The translations under genes were made by a program, and so were the position numbers. From an uncultured delta proteobacterium (GTDB lineage: Bacteria; Desulfobacterota; Binatia; UBA9968), in contig CAVUVW010000006.1 of the NCBI GenBank assembly GCA_963745035.1, positions 1 through 64,000 on the forward strand: 64,000 bases of DNA. The letters run 5' to 3'. This document shows, piece by piece, positions 20,935-31,985 of the stretch (within the stretch, counting starts at the first letter, position 1; each line of letters begins with the position of its first letter). A model generated the notes under the pieces. That model saw only the letters and a list, made by a program, of their open reading frames with translations, had not been told where the DNA came from and searched no databases.

Positions 20935-23617
20935 TTTGCGGCGCGAGATTTTGCCGGAGAAATTCGCGGATGGTTTCCACCGCGCCGGCATCGGTGATTT
21001 TGCCGCCGCGCTCGTCGGTCACGTAGAATACGTCCGCCGCCTGGTCGACGTTGGTGGAAATCTTCGCGACGTGGATCGACAGGCCGAGCCGGTGCAGGCT
21101 GTACGTGATCGTGAACAGCACGCCGATGCGATCTTCGGTGAAGATCTCGACGATGGTGAAGTCGTCGGACGCTTCGTTGTCGACGTTCACGACGGTGGCG
21201 ACCTTGGGCGCGCGTTTTTTCAGAAATTGCGACGGCTTGGACGAAGCCACCAGGGCGGCGACCTCGATCTTTCCTTCGAGAATGCCGTCGAGGGCGAGGC
21301 GAAACTTGAGCCACTTCTGCTCGGCCATGACGATCTCCGAGCGTCCATGATGCGAGATCCGGAAGACGTCGAGAATGCGCCCGTCGCTGGCGGTGAAGAT
21401 GCGCGCGTTCAAAATGTCGAGCTGGAGAGCGGTGAACACGCCCGTGATCGAAGCGAATAAACCGGGCCGGTCCTGGCAGCAAATCACCACCGAGGTGCAG
21501 TCGCGCTCGGGAAAATGCTCGACCATCACCTCGGGCTTGTTCCCGTCGAAACGGTCCATCAGTGCAAAATGGGCGGGGATATCGTCCTCCGGGGTCGACA
21601 GAAAATATCGCTCGGGCATGGCTTGGACGAATTTTTCGATCGCTGCTTCCGGATGGTCCTTGGCAAGCTGGCGGCGCGCCCGGATCTGCACGCGGCGAAT
21701 GACGGCGAGCACGTCGGGGCGCTCGAACTCGCCCTTCTCGGCTTCCTCCAAAAGATTCAAGGTCTTCACGTAAAGCTCGGCCAAGAGCGACGCTTTCCAC
21801 GGATTCCAGACTTCCGGCCCTACCGCTTTCACGTCGGCGAAGGTCAGAAGATAGAGCATCTTGAGATTGTTGACGCTGCCCATCGTTTTTGCGAAGTCGA
21901 AGAGAGTTTTCTGGTCTTCGAGGTCGCGGCGAAAAGCGGTTTGGGTCATCAAGAGATGGTGGCGCACCAGGAACTCTACCAACGCGCCGTCGTCGGCGTT
22001 GAGACGCATGCGCCGGGCGATCGGCCGCACCATGCGCGCGCCGACCTCCGAGTGGCCGCCGCCGAAGCCCTTGCCGATGTCGTGAAACATCATGCCGAGG
22101 TAGAGCAGCTCGATCTTTTCCGCTTCGCGCCCCAGTTGCGTGAGCTGCGGCAGGCTTTGCGCGTAGGCGCCGGCGCGGAGCTGCTCGATCTCCTTGACCA
22201 GATGCAGGGAATGCTGATCGACGGTGTAAATGTGATACGCGTCGTGCAGCACCATGCAGAGAAGCCTGCCGAATTCGGGGATCAGCGCGCCCAGCACGCC
22301 GCTGCGGTGCATTTCGGCGAGAGTCTCGTAGACCGATTCCTTCCATTTGAGAATGCTGAAAAACGGCGTGTTGGCGCCCGCCGAGCGCCGATACTCATCG
22401 TCGATGAGATCGAGATTGCCGCGCAACAGCTCGCGGGTCTCGTGGCTCAGCCGGCAGCCGTGCTTTTGCGCGTCGTCGAAGATGCGCACGAGGTTTTCCG
22501 GATGGCTGCGCAGCACCTCGGGCTTGGTCACGTTGACGTGCCCCGTCGACAGCCGGATGCCCTCGCGCAAGGTTCGCCCGAAAACATACGCTGCGCCGAA
22601 GCGCGGCTTGTCGCATTCGGTGACCCGATGAATAATCAAAGTGGAAAGACGGCTAATCCGGCTCGCGTGCAAATAATAGGCGCGCATGAAGACTTCGACC
22701 GCGCGCAGCCGCTCTTCGCCTTCGAAGCCGAGCGCCGAGCTGACGTTTTCCTGCTGCTCGAAAGTGAGCTGGTCCTGGTGCTTGCCGGTGGAAAAGTGCA
22801 ATTGATTGCGTACACGTAGCAAAAAATCCTGGGATTCTTTGAGCTGGGCGATGTCCGCCGGAGCGACCACGCCGCCGAGCGCGAGGGCATCGAGATCTTT
22901 CGCCTTGAGCTTGGCGCGGGCGATCCAGCGCGCCGTCTGAATATCGCGGAGCCCGCCCTCGCCTTCTTTCACTTCGGGCTCGAGCAGGTACACCGAACCG
23001 CCGTATTGCGCATGGCGCGCCCGGTTCTCTTCGAGCTTTTCGCGAATGAAGCGGGAAATCCCCGCCTTCAGCAAACGCGGCTCCACTTTCTTTTCGAATT
23101 CCTGAAAAAGCGCGAAATCGCCGCACAGAAAGCGCGCGTCGAGCAGTGCGGTGCGCACTCGCATATCGCTCTCCGCCAGGCGAATGCAATCGGCGATGCT
23201 GCGGGTGGCGTGGGCCGGCTCCATGCCGGCGTCCCACAGCGTGTGCTGCAAGGCTTCGGTGAGCGCCTGCACGAAAGGCGTGATCTTGCGCGGAAAGAGA
23301 AACAGCAGATCGATGTCGGAGTGCGGGTTCAGCTCGCCCCGCCCGTAGCCGCCTTGGGCGATCAGGGCGAAGCCGCGATGGCTTTCGCCCAAGCGCTTGC
23401 CGCATTCCGCATGGATCACGCCGTAGAGATGGCGGATCAGGTGATCCATGACGGTCGACCAGGCCGACACGATTTCGAGACCGCCGGCTCCCGCGCGGTG
23501 TCTTTCATAAAGCGCTTCACGGCCGCGGGTGACATAGCTGCGTGCCAGGCGCTTCAAGTCAGGTTCGCTCTGCGCCTGCTGGAGCAAGGAAAGCGAAATC
23601 GCTACGGCGTCCATCAA
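20897..23617 (-). CDS. glnD: [protein-PII] uridylyltransferase
   Basis: GGYGRGELNPHSDIDLL, KEGEGGLRD, YHIYTVDQH, HDIGKG, two ACT domains. Confidence 0.95.
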   Translation of the reverse strand: MMDAVAISLSLLQQAQSEPDLKRLARSYVTRGREALYERHRAGAGGLEIVSAWSTVMDHLIRHLYGVIHAECGKRLGESHRGFALIAQGGYGRGELNPHSDIDLLFLFPRKITPFVQALTEALQHTLWDAGMEPAHATRSIADCIRLAESDMRVRTALLDARFLCGDFALFQEFEKKVEPRLLKAGISRFIREKLEENRARHAQYGGSVYLLEPEVKEGEGGLRDIQTARWIARAKLKAKDLDALALGGVVAPADIAQLKESQDFLLRVRNQLHFSTGKHQDQLTFEQQENVSSALGFEGEERLRAVEVFMRAYYLHASRISRLSTLIIHRVTECDKPRFGAAYVFGRTLREGIRLSTGHVNVTKPEVLRSHPENLVRIFDDAQKHGCRLSHETRELLRGNLDLIDDEYRRSAGANTPFFSILKWKESVYETLAEMHRSGVLGALIPEFGRLLCMVLHDAYHIYTVDQHSLHLVKEIEQLRAGAYAQSLPQLTQLGREAEKIELLYLGMMFHDIGKGFGGGHSEVGARMVRPIARRMRLNADDGALVEFLVRHHLLMTQTAFRRDLEDQKTLFDFAKTMGSVNNLKMLYLLTFADVKAVGPEVWNPWKASLLAELYVKTLNLLEEAEKGEFERPDVLAVIRRVQIRARRQLAKDHPEAAIEKFVQAMPERYFLSTPEDDIPAHFALMDRFDGNKPEVMVEHFPERDCTSVVICCQDRPGLFASITGVFTALQLDILNARIFTASDGRILDVFRISHHGRSEIVMAEQKWLKFRLALDGILEGKIEVAALVASSKPSQFLKKRAPKVATVVNVDNEASDDFTIVEIFTEDRIGVLFTITYSLHRLGLSIHVAKISTNVDQAADVFYVTDERGGKITDAGAVETIREFLRQNLAPQNEGNERPAEPLH

Positions 23618-23627
23618 TAATAACTTC

Positions 23628-24992
23628 CTAGAGCGTCTTGGCTATTATATTGGTTTGGCCATACTTCTCGATGCCTTGGTAGAGCGCGTCGACCATGGCG
23701 TCCTGGTAGCGTTCCTGGCCCATCGCCGCGCCTTCGATCCGATGGGTGATGAAGAACATCTCCACCAGGACGCTCGGCATGCGGGCGCCGACCAGCACGT
23801 GAAACAGCGCCTTCTTGACGCCCAGGTCTTTGACGTCGGCCATAATGCGGCTCATCCCGCCCACCAGAGCCCCTTGCAGCCGGTGCGCCAGGGTGATCGA
23901 GTCCTCGAGCTTCACGTTCTGCATCATGTCGCTCAAGATGAATTGCAGATCGGAAATATTGCGTCGCGAGGTGCGGTTTTCCCGCGCCGCGAGTCGAATC
24001 GCCGCTTCGTCCGTCGTGTTGTCGAGATAGTAGGTCTCAACGCCGCGCGCCTCGACGTTGGGGCTCGCGTTCATATGCAAGGATATGAACAGGTCGGCGT
24101 CCTCGCCGTTGGCGAGCGCGGTGCGGTCTTCGAGCGGCACGTAGCGATCGTCGCTGCGCGTCAACACCACCTTAACGCCGAGCTCGGCGCGGAGCTTGCG
24201 CGCGAGCTTTTTCGCCACCCCGAGCACCAGGTCTTTTTCCGCCGCTCCGCCGACGCCGATGGCGCCGGGATCCTTGCCGCCGTGGCCGGGGTCGAGGACG
24301 ATCTTGCGCAGGCCGCTTGCCGGCGCTGGCGCTTCGGCTTTTCTCGCTTGGGCTGTCGGACGCGGCGCGACCGACTCCGTCTTCGCCGAAACCTCTTTCG
24401 CGGGAAGTTTCCCGCTCGCTGCCCGCCCGGCGATGTCGATCACGAGCCGCGTGGGATCTGCGGTCAGGAAAATATTGTGCGCCCGCAGCTCGTTCATATC
24501 GAGCACGACGCGCACGCTGTCGCCGCCGTGCTGGCCGATACGAACCTGGCGCAGGGCTTCGTCATCCACGGCCAGTGGCTCGTTGGACGCCAACGCCAAC
24601 CTGGCGCCGATGATGTCGATGTAGATACGCGCCGGCAAACGCTGCACCGGATCTTCTTTTAGGCGGCGCACGTCGAATTTGGCTTCCCGGGAGAGATCGA
24701 GCATGACGCGCGTGAGCTCTTTTGTCGAAATGAATCGCCAAGCGGTTACCTGAACGCCTTCGCCGGTGGCTTCCCTGGCCGAATCGGTCGTTGTCTCGCT
24801 ACCGGCCGCAGCCTCGGCCCTCCGCCGGCTCTCGCCTGCCCGCGCCGAAGCTGCCGGACGCAGTTCGTTCCTGCCGGCCTGCGCGCGCGCGAGGCGCGCC
24901 GAGTCCGTTACCAGATCAGCAGCCGGTACACCAAACATGCCGGCAAGAATGAACAGCGCGACGAGCGGCAGCTTCATAGGCTTTGCCTCCAA
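23628..24992 (-). CDS. N-acetylmuramoyl-L-alanine amidase (AMIN + Amidase_3)
   Basis: IVLDPGHGGKDPGA, FISLHMNA, MPSVLVE. Confidence 0.9.
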   Translation of the reverse strand: MEAKPMKLPLVALFILAGMFGVPAADLVTDSARLARAQAGRNELRPAASARAGESRRRAEAAAGSETTTDSAREATGEGVQVTAWRFISTKELTRVMLDLSREAKFDVRRLKEDPVQRLPARIYIDIIGARLALASNEPLAVDDEALRQVRIGQHGGDSVRVVLDMNELRAHNIFLTADPTRLVIDIAGRAASGKLPAKEVSAKTESVAPRPTAQARKAEAPAPASGLRKIVLDPGHGGKDPGAIGVGGAAEKDLVLGVAKKLARKLRAELGVKVVLTRSDDRYVPLEDRTALANGEDADLFISLHMNASPNVEARGVETYYLDNTTDEAAIRLAARENRTSRRNISDLQFILSDMMQNVKLEDSITLAHRLQGALVGGMSRIMADVKDLGVKKALFHVLVGARMPSVLVEMFFITHRIEGAAMGQERYQDAMVDALYQGIEKYGQTNIIAKTL

Positions 24993-24996
24993 TCGA

Positions 24997-27570
24997 TCAT
25001 TTCTTGGCCTCTTCGGTCAGCCGATAAAGCGCGTTCATGGCGTCGAGCGGCGTCATGGTCGAAACATCGAGCCGATTCAGTTGATCGCGCAAACGACTCT
25101 CCGCCTCGCTAAACAGGCCCATCTGCGCCGGCGCCGCGGCATCGGACCTGGCATCGTGAAACACCCGGGAGCCGTCCCGGCTCGCTTCCAAATGCGCGAG
25201 GATCTCTTTGGCGCGCTCCAGGATCGCGCCCGGCATGCCCGCCAGCCGCGCAACGTGAATGCCGTGGCTGTGGCTCGCCGCGCCTTCGAGCAAGCTGCGC
25301 AGAAAAATGATATCGCCGCGCCATTCCTTGACCGCGAAGTGATAGTTGCGAATCCGCTCCTTGCTCTGCGCCAGGTCGGTCAACTCGTGATAGTGCGTCG
25401 CGAACAGCGTGCGCGGCCGCTCTGCGGCGTCGTGCAGAGCCTCGGCAACGGCCCAGGCGATCGAGATGCCGTCGAAGGTGCTCGTGCCGCGCCCGACTTC
25501 GTCGAGCAGGATCAGGCTGCGGCGCGTCGCATGGCCCAGAATATTGGCGGTCTCCTTCATTTCGACCATGAACGTCGATTCGCCGCGCGCCAGCGAGTCC
25601 GCTGCGCCGATGCGGGTAAAGATGCGATCGACGATGCCGATGCGCGCTTCGGCGCACGGCACGAAGCTCCCCATCTGGGCGAGGATGACGATCAACGCCA
25701 CCTGGCGCATGTAAGTTGATTTGCCGGCCATGTTGGGGCCGGTGAGAAGAATCATCTGCTGCCCATCGGGGTCGAGCGCGCAGTCGTTAGGCACGAAAGC
25801 GCCCCTGCCGAGCGCCGCCTCGACCACTGGATGGCGGCCGTCGCGCAGCGCCAGACCGGCGCCGGCGTCGATGTGCGGCCGGATAAAATGGCGCGATTCA
25901 GCGATTTCCGCGAGCGACAGCAGCGCATCGAGCATCGCCAGCGCGTTGCTGGTGGTTTTCAATCCGGGATAGTAGGCGGCGACCTGCTCGCGGACTTTTC
26001 CGAGGAGCGTGGTTTCCAACTTTTCAATGAGGCTTTCCGAGTTGAGCACCTTGGCTTCGTATTCTTTCAGATCCGGCGTAATGTAGCGCTCGCCGTTGGC
26101 CAACGTCTGCTTGCGCAGATAGTCGCCCGGAACCGCTTTGAGGTGCGACTTGGTCACTTCGATGTAGTAGCCGAACACCCGGTTGTAGCGCACCTTGAGC
26201 GAGTGGATGCCGGTGCGGCGCCGCTCCTCCGCCTCGAAGCGACGGATCCAGTCCTTGGCGTGGGCTCGCAGGTCGACGATCTCGTCGAGCTCGGCGTCGA
26301 AGCCGGCGCGGATAAAACCGCCGTTCTTCAGCGCCAACGGCGGATCGTCGACGATCGCCCGCTCGATCAAGTTGATTACTGCCGCGAGATCGACCAAGCC
26401 GTCGCGCAGGCGCGCCAGAAGCGTTGCCGTGACCCCGTTGAGCCGGCGGCGAATCTCCTCGACGGCGCCCACCGTCTCTTTGATGGCGACCAGATCCTTC
26501 GGAACTGCGGAGCCGGCCACGGCGCGCCCGGCGAGTCTTTCGAGATCCTGAATTTTTTCCAGGGCGAGCTTCAACTCCTGGCGCAGCGCATATCGATCGA
26601 CGAGCTCCTGGACGCTTTCATGGCGCTCGCCGATCGCCCGCTCATCGGTCAGCGGATAGAGCAGCCATTGGCGCAAGCGCCGCGCGCCCATCGGCGTTAC
26701 GGTTTGATCGATGATGAACAGCAGCGAGCCTTTGCGATCGCCGTGGTAGTTGGAGACGAGTTCCAGGCTTTTGCGGGTGCCCTCATCGAGAATCAGATAA
26801 TGCGCCGCCTGGTACGGCTCGAGCTCGCGCAGAACCTTGAGCGACTCGGCGGCGTTCGCCTCCAAATAGCGGAGCACGGCGGACGCGGCGCGGACGCCGA
26901 GCGCCGGGGCGGGCTCGGCGATCGAATTCGCCGCCAGTCTGTCGGCTGCGGCATCGGAAAAGAAGTCGTCCGATACCGCGGTGAAATGAATCGCCGGGAA
27001 TTCGCGGTAAAGGCGCTCGCGCAGCCGGGCATCGCGTCCGGACAACAGCACTTCGCTCGGCTGGATGCGCCCGAGCTCGTCCACCAGAGCAGCTTCCTCG
27101 CTGAGCTCGGCGCAGCGGAACTCCCCCGTCGTGACATCGGTCAGCGCTAAGCCGAAGGCGTCGCGCGCCGCGCACAGCGCAGTGAGAAAATTGTTGCCGC
27201 GGGCGTCGAGCGCCTCGGCGGCGGTGACCGTGCCCGGCGTGATCACCCGCACGACTTCGCGCTTGACCACGCCCTTGGCCGCCGCCGGGTCCTCCATCTG
27301 TTCGCACACCGCGACCTTGTGGCCTGCGTCGAGCAATTTTTGGATGTACGGCTCGGCCGAATGATAGGGCACGCCGCACAGCGGCACCGAGCCGTCCGCG
27401 TTCTTGTTGCGCGAGGTGAGCGCGATGTCGAGGACCTTGGCCGCCGTGTGCGCGTCGTCGAAAAACATCTCGTAGAAATCGCCCAGGCGAAAAAACAGAA
27501 TGGCGTCGCGGTAGCGCTCCTTGATCTGAAGATACTGTTGCATCATCGGCGTGACTTTGACTGGTTCCAT
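24997..27570 (-). CDS. mutS: DNA mismatch repair protein MutS
   Basis: TPMMQQY, FRLGDFYEMF, TGPNMAGKSTYMRQ, STFMVEM, DEVGRGT. Confidence 0.97.
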   Translation of the reverse strand: MEPVKVTPMMQQYLQIKERYRDAILFFRLGDFYEMFFDDAHTAAKVLDIALTSRNKNADGSVPLCGVPYHSAEPYIQKLLDAGHKVAVCEQMEDPAAAKGVVKREVVRVITPGTVTAAEALDARGNNFLTALCAARDAFGLALTDVTTGEFRCAELSEEAALVDELGRIQPSEVLLSGRDARLRERLYREFPAIHFTAVSDDFFSDAAADRLAANSIAEPAPALGVRAASAVLRYLEANAAESLKVLRELEPYQAAHYLILDEGTRKSLELVSNYHGDRKGSLLFIIDQTVTPMGARRLRQWLLYPLTDERAIGERHESVQELVDRYALRQELKLALEKIQDLERLAGRAVAGSAVPKDLVAIKETVGAVEEIRRRLNGVTATLLARLRDGLVDLAAVINLIERAIVDDPPLALKNGGFIRAGFDAELDEIVDLRAHAKDWIRRFEAEERRRTGIHSLKVRYNRVFGYYIEVTKSHLKAVPGDYLRKQTLANGERYITPDLKEYEAKVLNSESLIEKLETTLLGKVREQVAAYYPGLKTTSNALAMLDALLSLAEIAESRHFIRPHIDAGAGLALRDGRHPVVEAALGRGAFVPNDCALDPDGQQMILLTGPNMAGKSTYMRQVALIVILAQMGSFVPCAEARIGIVDRIFTRIGAADSLARGESTFMVEMKETANILGHATRRSLILLDEVGRGTSTFDGISIAWAVAEALHDAAERPRTLFATHYHELTDLAQSKERIRNYHFAVKEWRGDIIFLRSLLEGAASHSHGIHVARLAGMPGAILERAKEILAHLEASRDGSRVFHDARSDAAAPAQMGLFSEAESRLRDQLNRLDVSTMTPLDAMNALYRLTEEAKK

Positions 27571-27574
27571 CGCG

Positions 27575-28051
27575 CTAGACCGCCCTGCCGTTCCTTTCGC
27601 CGAGCCCATGCGCCCTGCGATTCTGACGAGCCGCCACGACCGCGCGCTTGGTATCGCGGTCGAGCTTGCGCACCAGACTGCCGATGCCGAGGGAGAGCAC
27701 GAACTGGCGCTTCATCGCCTCGAGGATTTTCTGCCGGTCGTCGGTGATCACGAACAATTCTTCGCCGTCGGTCAAGTATTTCAACGACTCGGCGGCGCGT
27801 ATGGTGCGGGCGGCGTTTTCCTTGAGTGGGCGCAAACAGCGGCGGATCATCTGCAGGCTGAAGCCGTGCCGGGCAAGGTCCTGGACGACTTTCAGACAGA
27901 CGAGATCGTGGAAGGAATAGAGCCGCTTGGTGCCGCGCCCTTCGGCGAGCTTGACCGACGGGCGAAGGAAATCCTGCTCGTCCCAATACTGGAGCTGGCG
28001 CAAGCTCACGCCAACGATGCGGCTGACGGTTTTGCTGTCGTAAGTTTCCAT
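27575..28051 (-). CDS. MerR-family HTH regulator directly upstream of mutS
   Basis: VSRIVGVSLRQLQYWD...GRGTKRLYSFHDL. Confidence 0.85.
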   Translation of the reverse strand: METYDSKTVSRIVGVSLRQLQYWDEQDFLRPSVKLAEGRGTKRLYSFHDLVCLKVVQDLARHGFSLQMIRRCLRPLKENAARTIRAAESLKYLTDGEELFVITDDRQKILEAMKRQFVLSLGIGSLVRKLDRDTKRAVVAARQNRRAHGLGERNGRAV

Positions 28052-28064
28052 CGAGACTCGAACA

Positions 28065-28116
28065 ATGAAAACACGGCTGTTTTCATGACGTTAAACGGCG
28101 GCCGGGCGATTGTCAA
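28065..28116 (-). promoter_or_regulatory. sigma70-like promoter with a 22-bp operator palindrome
   Basis: TTGACA-N17-TAACGT followed by ATGAAAACA-N4-TGTTTTCAT (28065-28086). Confidence 0.6.
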
Positions 28117-28260
28117 TGAATTGTATTACGACAGCGCAGCGACTGTGGAGTGACTTCATTTGTCCTGAAGCACAGCCGAAGGATTCAGAGGTGACGGTCA
28201 AAATCAAATGTCATTTTCAGAAACCGGCGCGCATTCATTATTATCTGCGCAGCGCGGCGA

Positions 28261-31200
28261 TCAATGAAAATCCCGGCTGCGCGTGCCGGCAGGCTTGAGA
28301 TCCAGGCGCGGCTCCCAAAGCGTTTCGGCGACCAGGTGCACCACGCCGTCTTCGGCTTGCAGCTTGCCGCTGATGCCGAGAAAGCCCGTGGTTTTGGCCA
28401 GCACCGGGTAGCGCTGGAAAACGCTCTCCCACACGACGACGTTGACGAAACCGGTTTCGTCTTCGAGTGTCATGAATACGACTCCGCCCGCCGTGCCCGG
28501 CCGCTGCCGGCAGATCACCAACCCCGCATAACGAACTTTGGCGCCGTCTTGCATCGACGCCACCGTCCGCGCATCAGGCAAGTCCTGACGCACCAGGCCG
28601 GCGCGCAGCGGTGCCAGCGGATGGCGCCTCGTGCTGTGCGACGTCCGGCGATAGTCCCAACCGACTTCTTCGAAGTCGGTGAGCGCGGCGAATGCCGGCG
28701 GCGCCGCGCGCGCCGGCAGCGACAGGGGTTCTTTTTGCGCGCGCGCCAGGCGGCGCACATCCCAAAGCGCCGCGCGCCGGTCAACGCGCAGGCTCTCGAA
28801 GGCCCCCGCCTCCGCCAGCGCGCCGAGAGCCCCTTCATCCAAGCCCGTGCGGCGGGCGAAATCCTCGAGCGACGCGAACGGCGCCCATTCACGCGCACGC
28901 GCGATCTTCTTCCAATCTTTTTCACCGAAGCCTTTGACGTAGCGCAATCCCATGCGCACGGCGAACCGCTCCGCGCTCTCCGCGCACGGCTCCAGCGTGC
29001 AATCCCAATCACTGGTCTGCATGTCGACGCTGCGCATGACTATGCGATGACGCTTGGCGTCTTCGACGATGGTCGCCGGCGAGTAAAAACCCATCGGCTG
29101 AGCGTTCAACAGCGCGCAGGTGAACTCCGCTGGATAGTGGCATTTGAGCCAAGCTGTCGCGTAAGCGATGAGCGCGAAGCTCGCCGCGTGGCTTTCCGGA
29201 AAGCCGTACTCGCCGAAGCCGCGGATTTGCTCGAAGACCCGCTCGGCGAATTCCACAGCGATGCCTTTGGTCCGCATGCGCGTGATCAGCCGTTCACGGT
29301 GGCGCTCCATCCTGCCGGTGCGGTGCCATGCCGCCATGTCGCGGCGAAGCTGGTCAGCCTCGCCGGGCGTGTAATCCGCCACTACCATCGCAAGGCGCAT
29401 CACTTGCTCCTGGAACAGCGGCACGCCGAGGGTTCTTTCGAGCACGGGCTTCAACAAATCATGGGGATAATCCACTTTTTCTTTGCCCTGGCGACGGCGC
29501 AAATACGGGTGCACCATGCCACCGGTGATCGGCCCGGGGCGGACGATGCTGATCTCGATCACCAGATCGTAGAAGTTTCGCGGCTTAAGCCGCGGCAGCA
29601 TCGCCATCTGGGCACGGCTCTCGATCTGAAACACGCCGATCGTGTCGCTTTTGCAGATCATATCGTAAGTGGCTTCATCGTCACCGGGAATCGTTGCCAT
29701 GGAAAGATCGATGCCGCGCTGCTCGCGCAGGAGCTTGAAGCAAAGATCGAGCTGGGTAAGCCCGCCTAGGCCGAGCAAATCGACTTTGAACAGGCCGAGA
29801 TCTTCGACGTCGTTTTTATCCCATTGGATGACCGTGCGCTCTTCCATGGTCGCGTTTTCGATGGGAACCAGCTCGGGAATCGGTTCATGGCCGAGCAAAA
29901 AGCCGCCCGGATGGATCGATAGATGACGCGGAAAATCGAGGATCTCATTGGTGAGCTGGAGTAAATGCTCATGCAGGCCGCGGGAAGCATTGAGACCGAT
30001 TTGTTCGAGCATTTGCGGGCGGACGTTTTCGTAGGACGAAAGAAATTTGGCGGCACGATCGAGAGCAGTCTCCGACAAGCCTAAAGCTTTGCCGATATCG
30101 CGCAGCGCCGAACGCGCGCGGTAGCGCACCACATTGGCCACCAGCGCGGCGCGGTCGCGGCCGTATTTCTGATAAACGTGCTGGATGACTTCCTCGCGCC
30201 GGTCATGCTCGATATCGAGATCGATATCCGGCGGCTCGGCGCGCTCTTTCGAGATAAAACGCTCGAACAAACCTCCGATGAGTTTTGGATTAACGGCCGT
30301 GATGCCCAAGCAGTAGCAAACAACGGAGTTCGCCGCGGAACCGCGTCCCTGGCAGAGAATCGCGTTGGCATGGCAAAACTCGACGATCTCTCGCATGGTG
30401 AGAAAATATCCGGGGTAGTCGAGCGATTCGATGATCTCGAGCTCTTTTTCGATCTGCGCGGCGATGGAATCGGGAATCCCGTCAGGGTAGCGCCGCCGCG
30501 CGCCGTCGAAAGTCTGCTGGCGCAGCCATTCCATCGAGCTCATGCCGTTGGGCAACTGTTCCGACGGATAACGATAGCGGATCTCGCTCAATGAAAAATT
30601 GCAACGCTCGGCGATTTCCAAAGTCCGCCCGACGGCGGCCGGGTCGTCGGCGAAAAGTTGGGCGAACGCATAGGGCGGCTTGAGCCCGTATTCGGCGTTT
30701 GGCTTCAGCTTTCGCCCGCAGGAGGCGACCGGAATACCGTAGCGTATCGCCGTCAAGACATCCTGCAGGCGCCGGCGCGCCGGGTGGTGATAAAGGATTT
30801 CATTGACTGCCGCGATTGGGAAACCAAAGCGCTTAGCGCGCTCGCGCAGCCGCGCTTCGTCGATGATTTCATCTTCGCACCGGTGCCGGACGATCCTCCC
30901 GTAAAACCGATCGCCAAACGCATCGCGAAGGTCGCCGACGATTTGATCCGGATGCATTGCATATCTGGCTGATCCGTTTTCGCCTTCCTGTCCGTCATTC
31001 CCGTGCAAACGGGAATCCGGGTTCGTTGTTCTTGATCCAAAAGCACCCGCCCCGACTTCCGTGTTCGCGGGAGTGACGAACCCTACTTCCCCACCCCACA
31101 GTGCAATCAGCCCCGCCGCATGCGTGCAAACTTCCCCCCACGTGACGACGCTCTCGCCTTTCTCCGAGCGGAGCCGTCCTTTAGTCAATAGCCGGCAGAG

Positions 31201-31464
31201 ATTAGCATAACCGCCGCGATCTTGGCTCAACAGCACAATCGTCGAACCATCGTCGATCGTGACCTGCGATCCAATGATAATTTTCATGCCGAGCTCACGT
31301 GCCTTAATATGCGCGCGCACGACGCCGTAAACTCCGTCGCGGTCCGTCAGCGCGATCGCCGGCAAGCCCAAGCGATGGGCTTCCTCGACTAACTCGTCGG
31401 GATGGCTGGCGCCTTCGAGAAAGGAGAAATTGCTCTTACACCAGAGCGGAACGTAAGAAAACAT
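28261..31464 (-). CDS. dnaE2: Error-prone DNA polymerase DnaE2 (ImuC)
   Basis: [15 protein letters not shown] domain, [35 protein letters not shown]-terminal SRDFH signature. Confidence 0.96.
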   Translation of the reverse strand: MFSYVPLWCKSNFSFLEGASHPDELVEEAHRLGLPAIALTDRDGVYGVVRAHIKARELGMKIIIGSQVTIDDGSTIVLLSQDRGGYANLCRLLTKGRLRSEKGESVVTWGEVCTHAAGLIALWGGEVGFVTPANTEVGAGAFGSRTTNPDSRLHGNDGQEGENGSARYAMHPDQIVGDLRDAFGDRFYGRIVRHRCEDEIIDEARLRERAKRFGFPIAAVNEILYHHPARRRLQDVLTAIRYGIPVASCGRKLKPNAEYGLKPPYAFAQLFADDPAAVGRTLEIAERCNFSLSEIRYRYPSEQLPNGMSSMEWLRQQTFDGARRRYPDGIPDSIAAQIEKELEIIESLDYPGYFLTMREIVEFCHANAILCQGRGSAANSVVCYCLGITAVNPKLIGGLFERFISKERAEPPDIDLDIEHDRREEVIQHVYQKYGRDRAALVANVVRYRARSALRDIGKALGLSETALDRAAKFLSSYENVRPQMLEQIGLNASRGLHEHLLQLTNEILDFPRHLSIHPGGFLLGHEPIPELVPIENATMEERTVIQWDKNDVEDLGLFKVDLLGLGGLTQLDLCFKLLREQRGIDLSMATIPGDDEATYDMICKSDTIGVFQIESRAQMAMLPRLKPRNFYDLVIEISIVRPGPITGGMVHPYLRRRQGKEKVDYPHDLLKPVLERTLGVPLFQEQVMRLAMVVADYTPGEADQLRRDMAAWHRTGRMERHRERLITRMRTKGIAVEFAERVFEQIRGFGEYGFPESHAASFALIAYATAWLKCHYPAEFTCALLNAQPMGFYSPATIVEDAKRHRIVMRSVDMQTSDWDCTLEPCAESAERFAVRMGLRYVKGFGEKDWKKIARAREWAPFASLEDFARRTGLDEGALGALAEAGAFESLRVDRRAALWDVRRLARAQKEPLSLPARAAPPAFAALTDFEEVGWDYRRTSHSTRRHPLAPLRAGLVRQDLPDARTVASMQDGAKVRYAGLVICRQRPGTAGGVVFMTLEDETGFVNVVVWESVFQRYPVLAKTTGFLGISGKLQAEDGVVHLVAETLWEPRLDLKPAGTRSRDFH
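30994..31077. repeat. REP-like palindromic element inserted in frame within dnaE2
   Basis: GTCATTCCCGTGCAAACGGGAATCC...TTCGCGGGAGTGAC; same family as 54759-54836. Confidence 0.7.
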
Positions 31465-31532
31465 GAAAATAATAGAACCGACCACGAAAATAACAAGGAA
31501 TTGGATGCGTGACTGGCGAAGGGTAACCGAGA

Positions 31533-31599
31533 AGCTAACGTTAAGAGGGCATGATGCGGTTTATCTCGCTCGACAGTGTGGCGTGCGCGCGACTTAGAC
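31533..31599 (-). repeat. Degenerate attC (distal end of array 2)
   Basis: + strand AGCTAAC...CTTAGAC (R'' mutated); 67 bp. Confidence 0.45.
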
Positions 31600-31614
31600 A
31601 AACAGCGCTGCAGG

Positions 31615-31890
31615 GGCAATGAGTTCCACTCCATTCCTTGGACGCGTTGGACGATAGTTTACAGCCGTCAATGGCAAAGGTCTCTTTGCGATCAGCCCGA
31701 GGCATCAGCATAGATCAATACATCACGAAACACTGCGGCGATTTTTCTGGTTACTTATGGGTACAAAGTCAGCGATCATGGTGAGTGTCGTACGACTTGT
31801 ATCGCACCATCGAGTAGAGATGATCTCCGTTTGAGGGATGTGCCTTGCGATTGCAACGTCGTTGCCGCAGCGAAATATAACCTAAAATGA
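31615..31890 (-). pseudogene. IS1182-family transposase remnant
   Basis: Translatable fragments MIADFV...IAAVFRDV...KETFAIDGCKLSSNASKEWSGT. Confidence 0.6.
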
Positions 31891-31901
31891 CTTTTCTACA
31901 C

Positions 31902-31985
31902 CCTCAGCGTGCCGGTTAAGCGCCGCACGCTACCGCATTTGCCTTGGTACTCTATCCATCACGGTCCACCGCAACCGGATTAGGT
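31902..31985 (-). repeat. Degenerate attC after the DUF1772 gene
   Basis: Inner dyad CCGGTT-AAGCG...CCGC-AACCGG; R'' is ACCTAAT, overlapping the stop codon. Confidence 0.5.

Noticed and set aside
17278-29769. Long antisense ORFs such as 17278-18447, 21515-22819, 25831-27150 and 28264-29769
   Set aside because: Shadow frames of GC-rich genes with no protein motifs.
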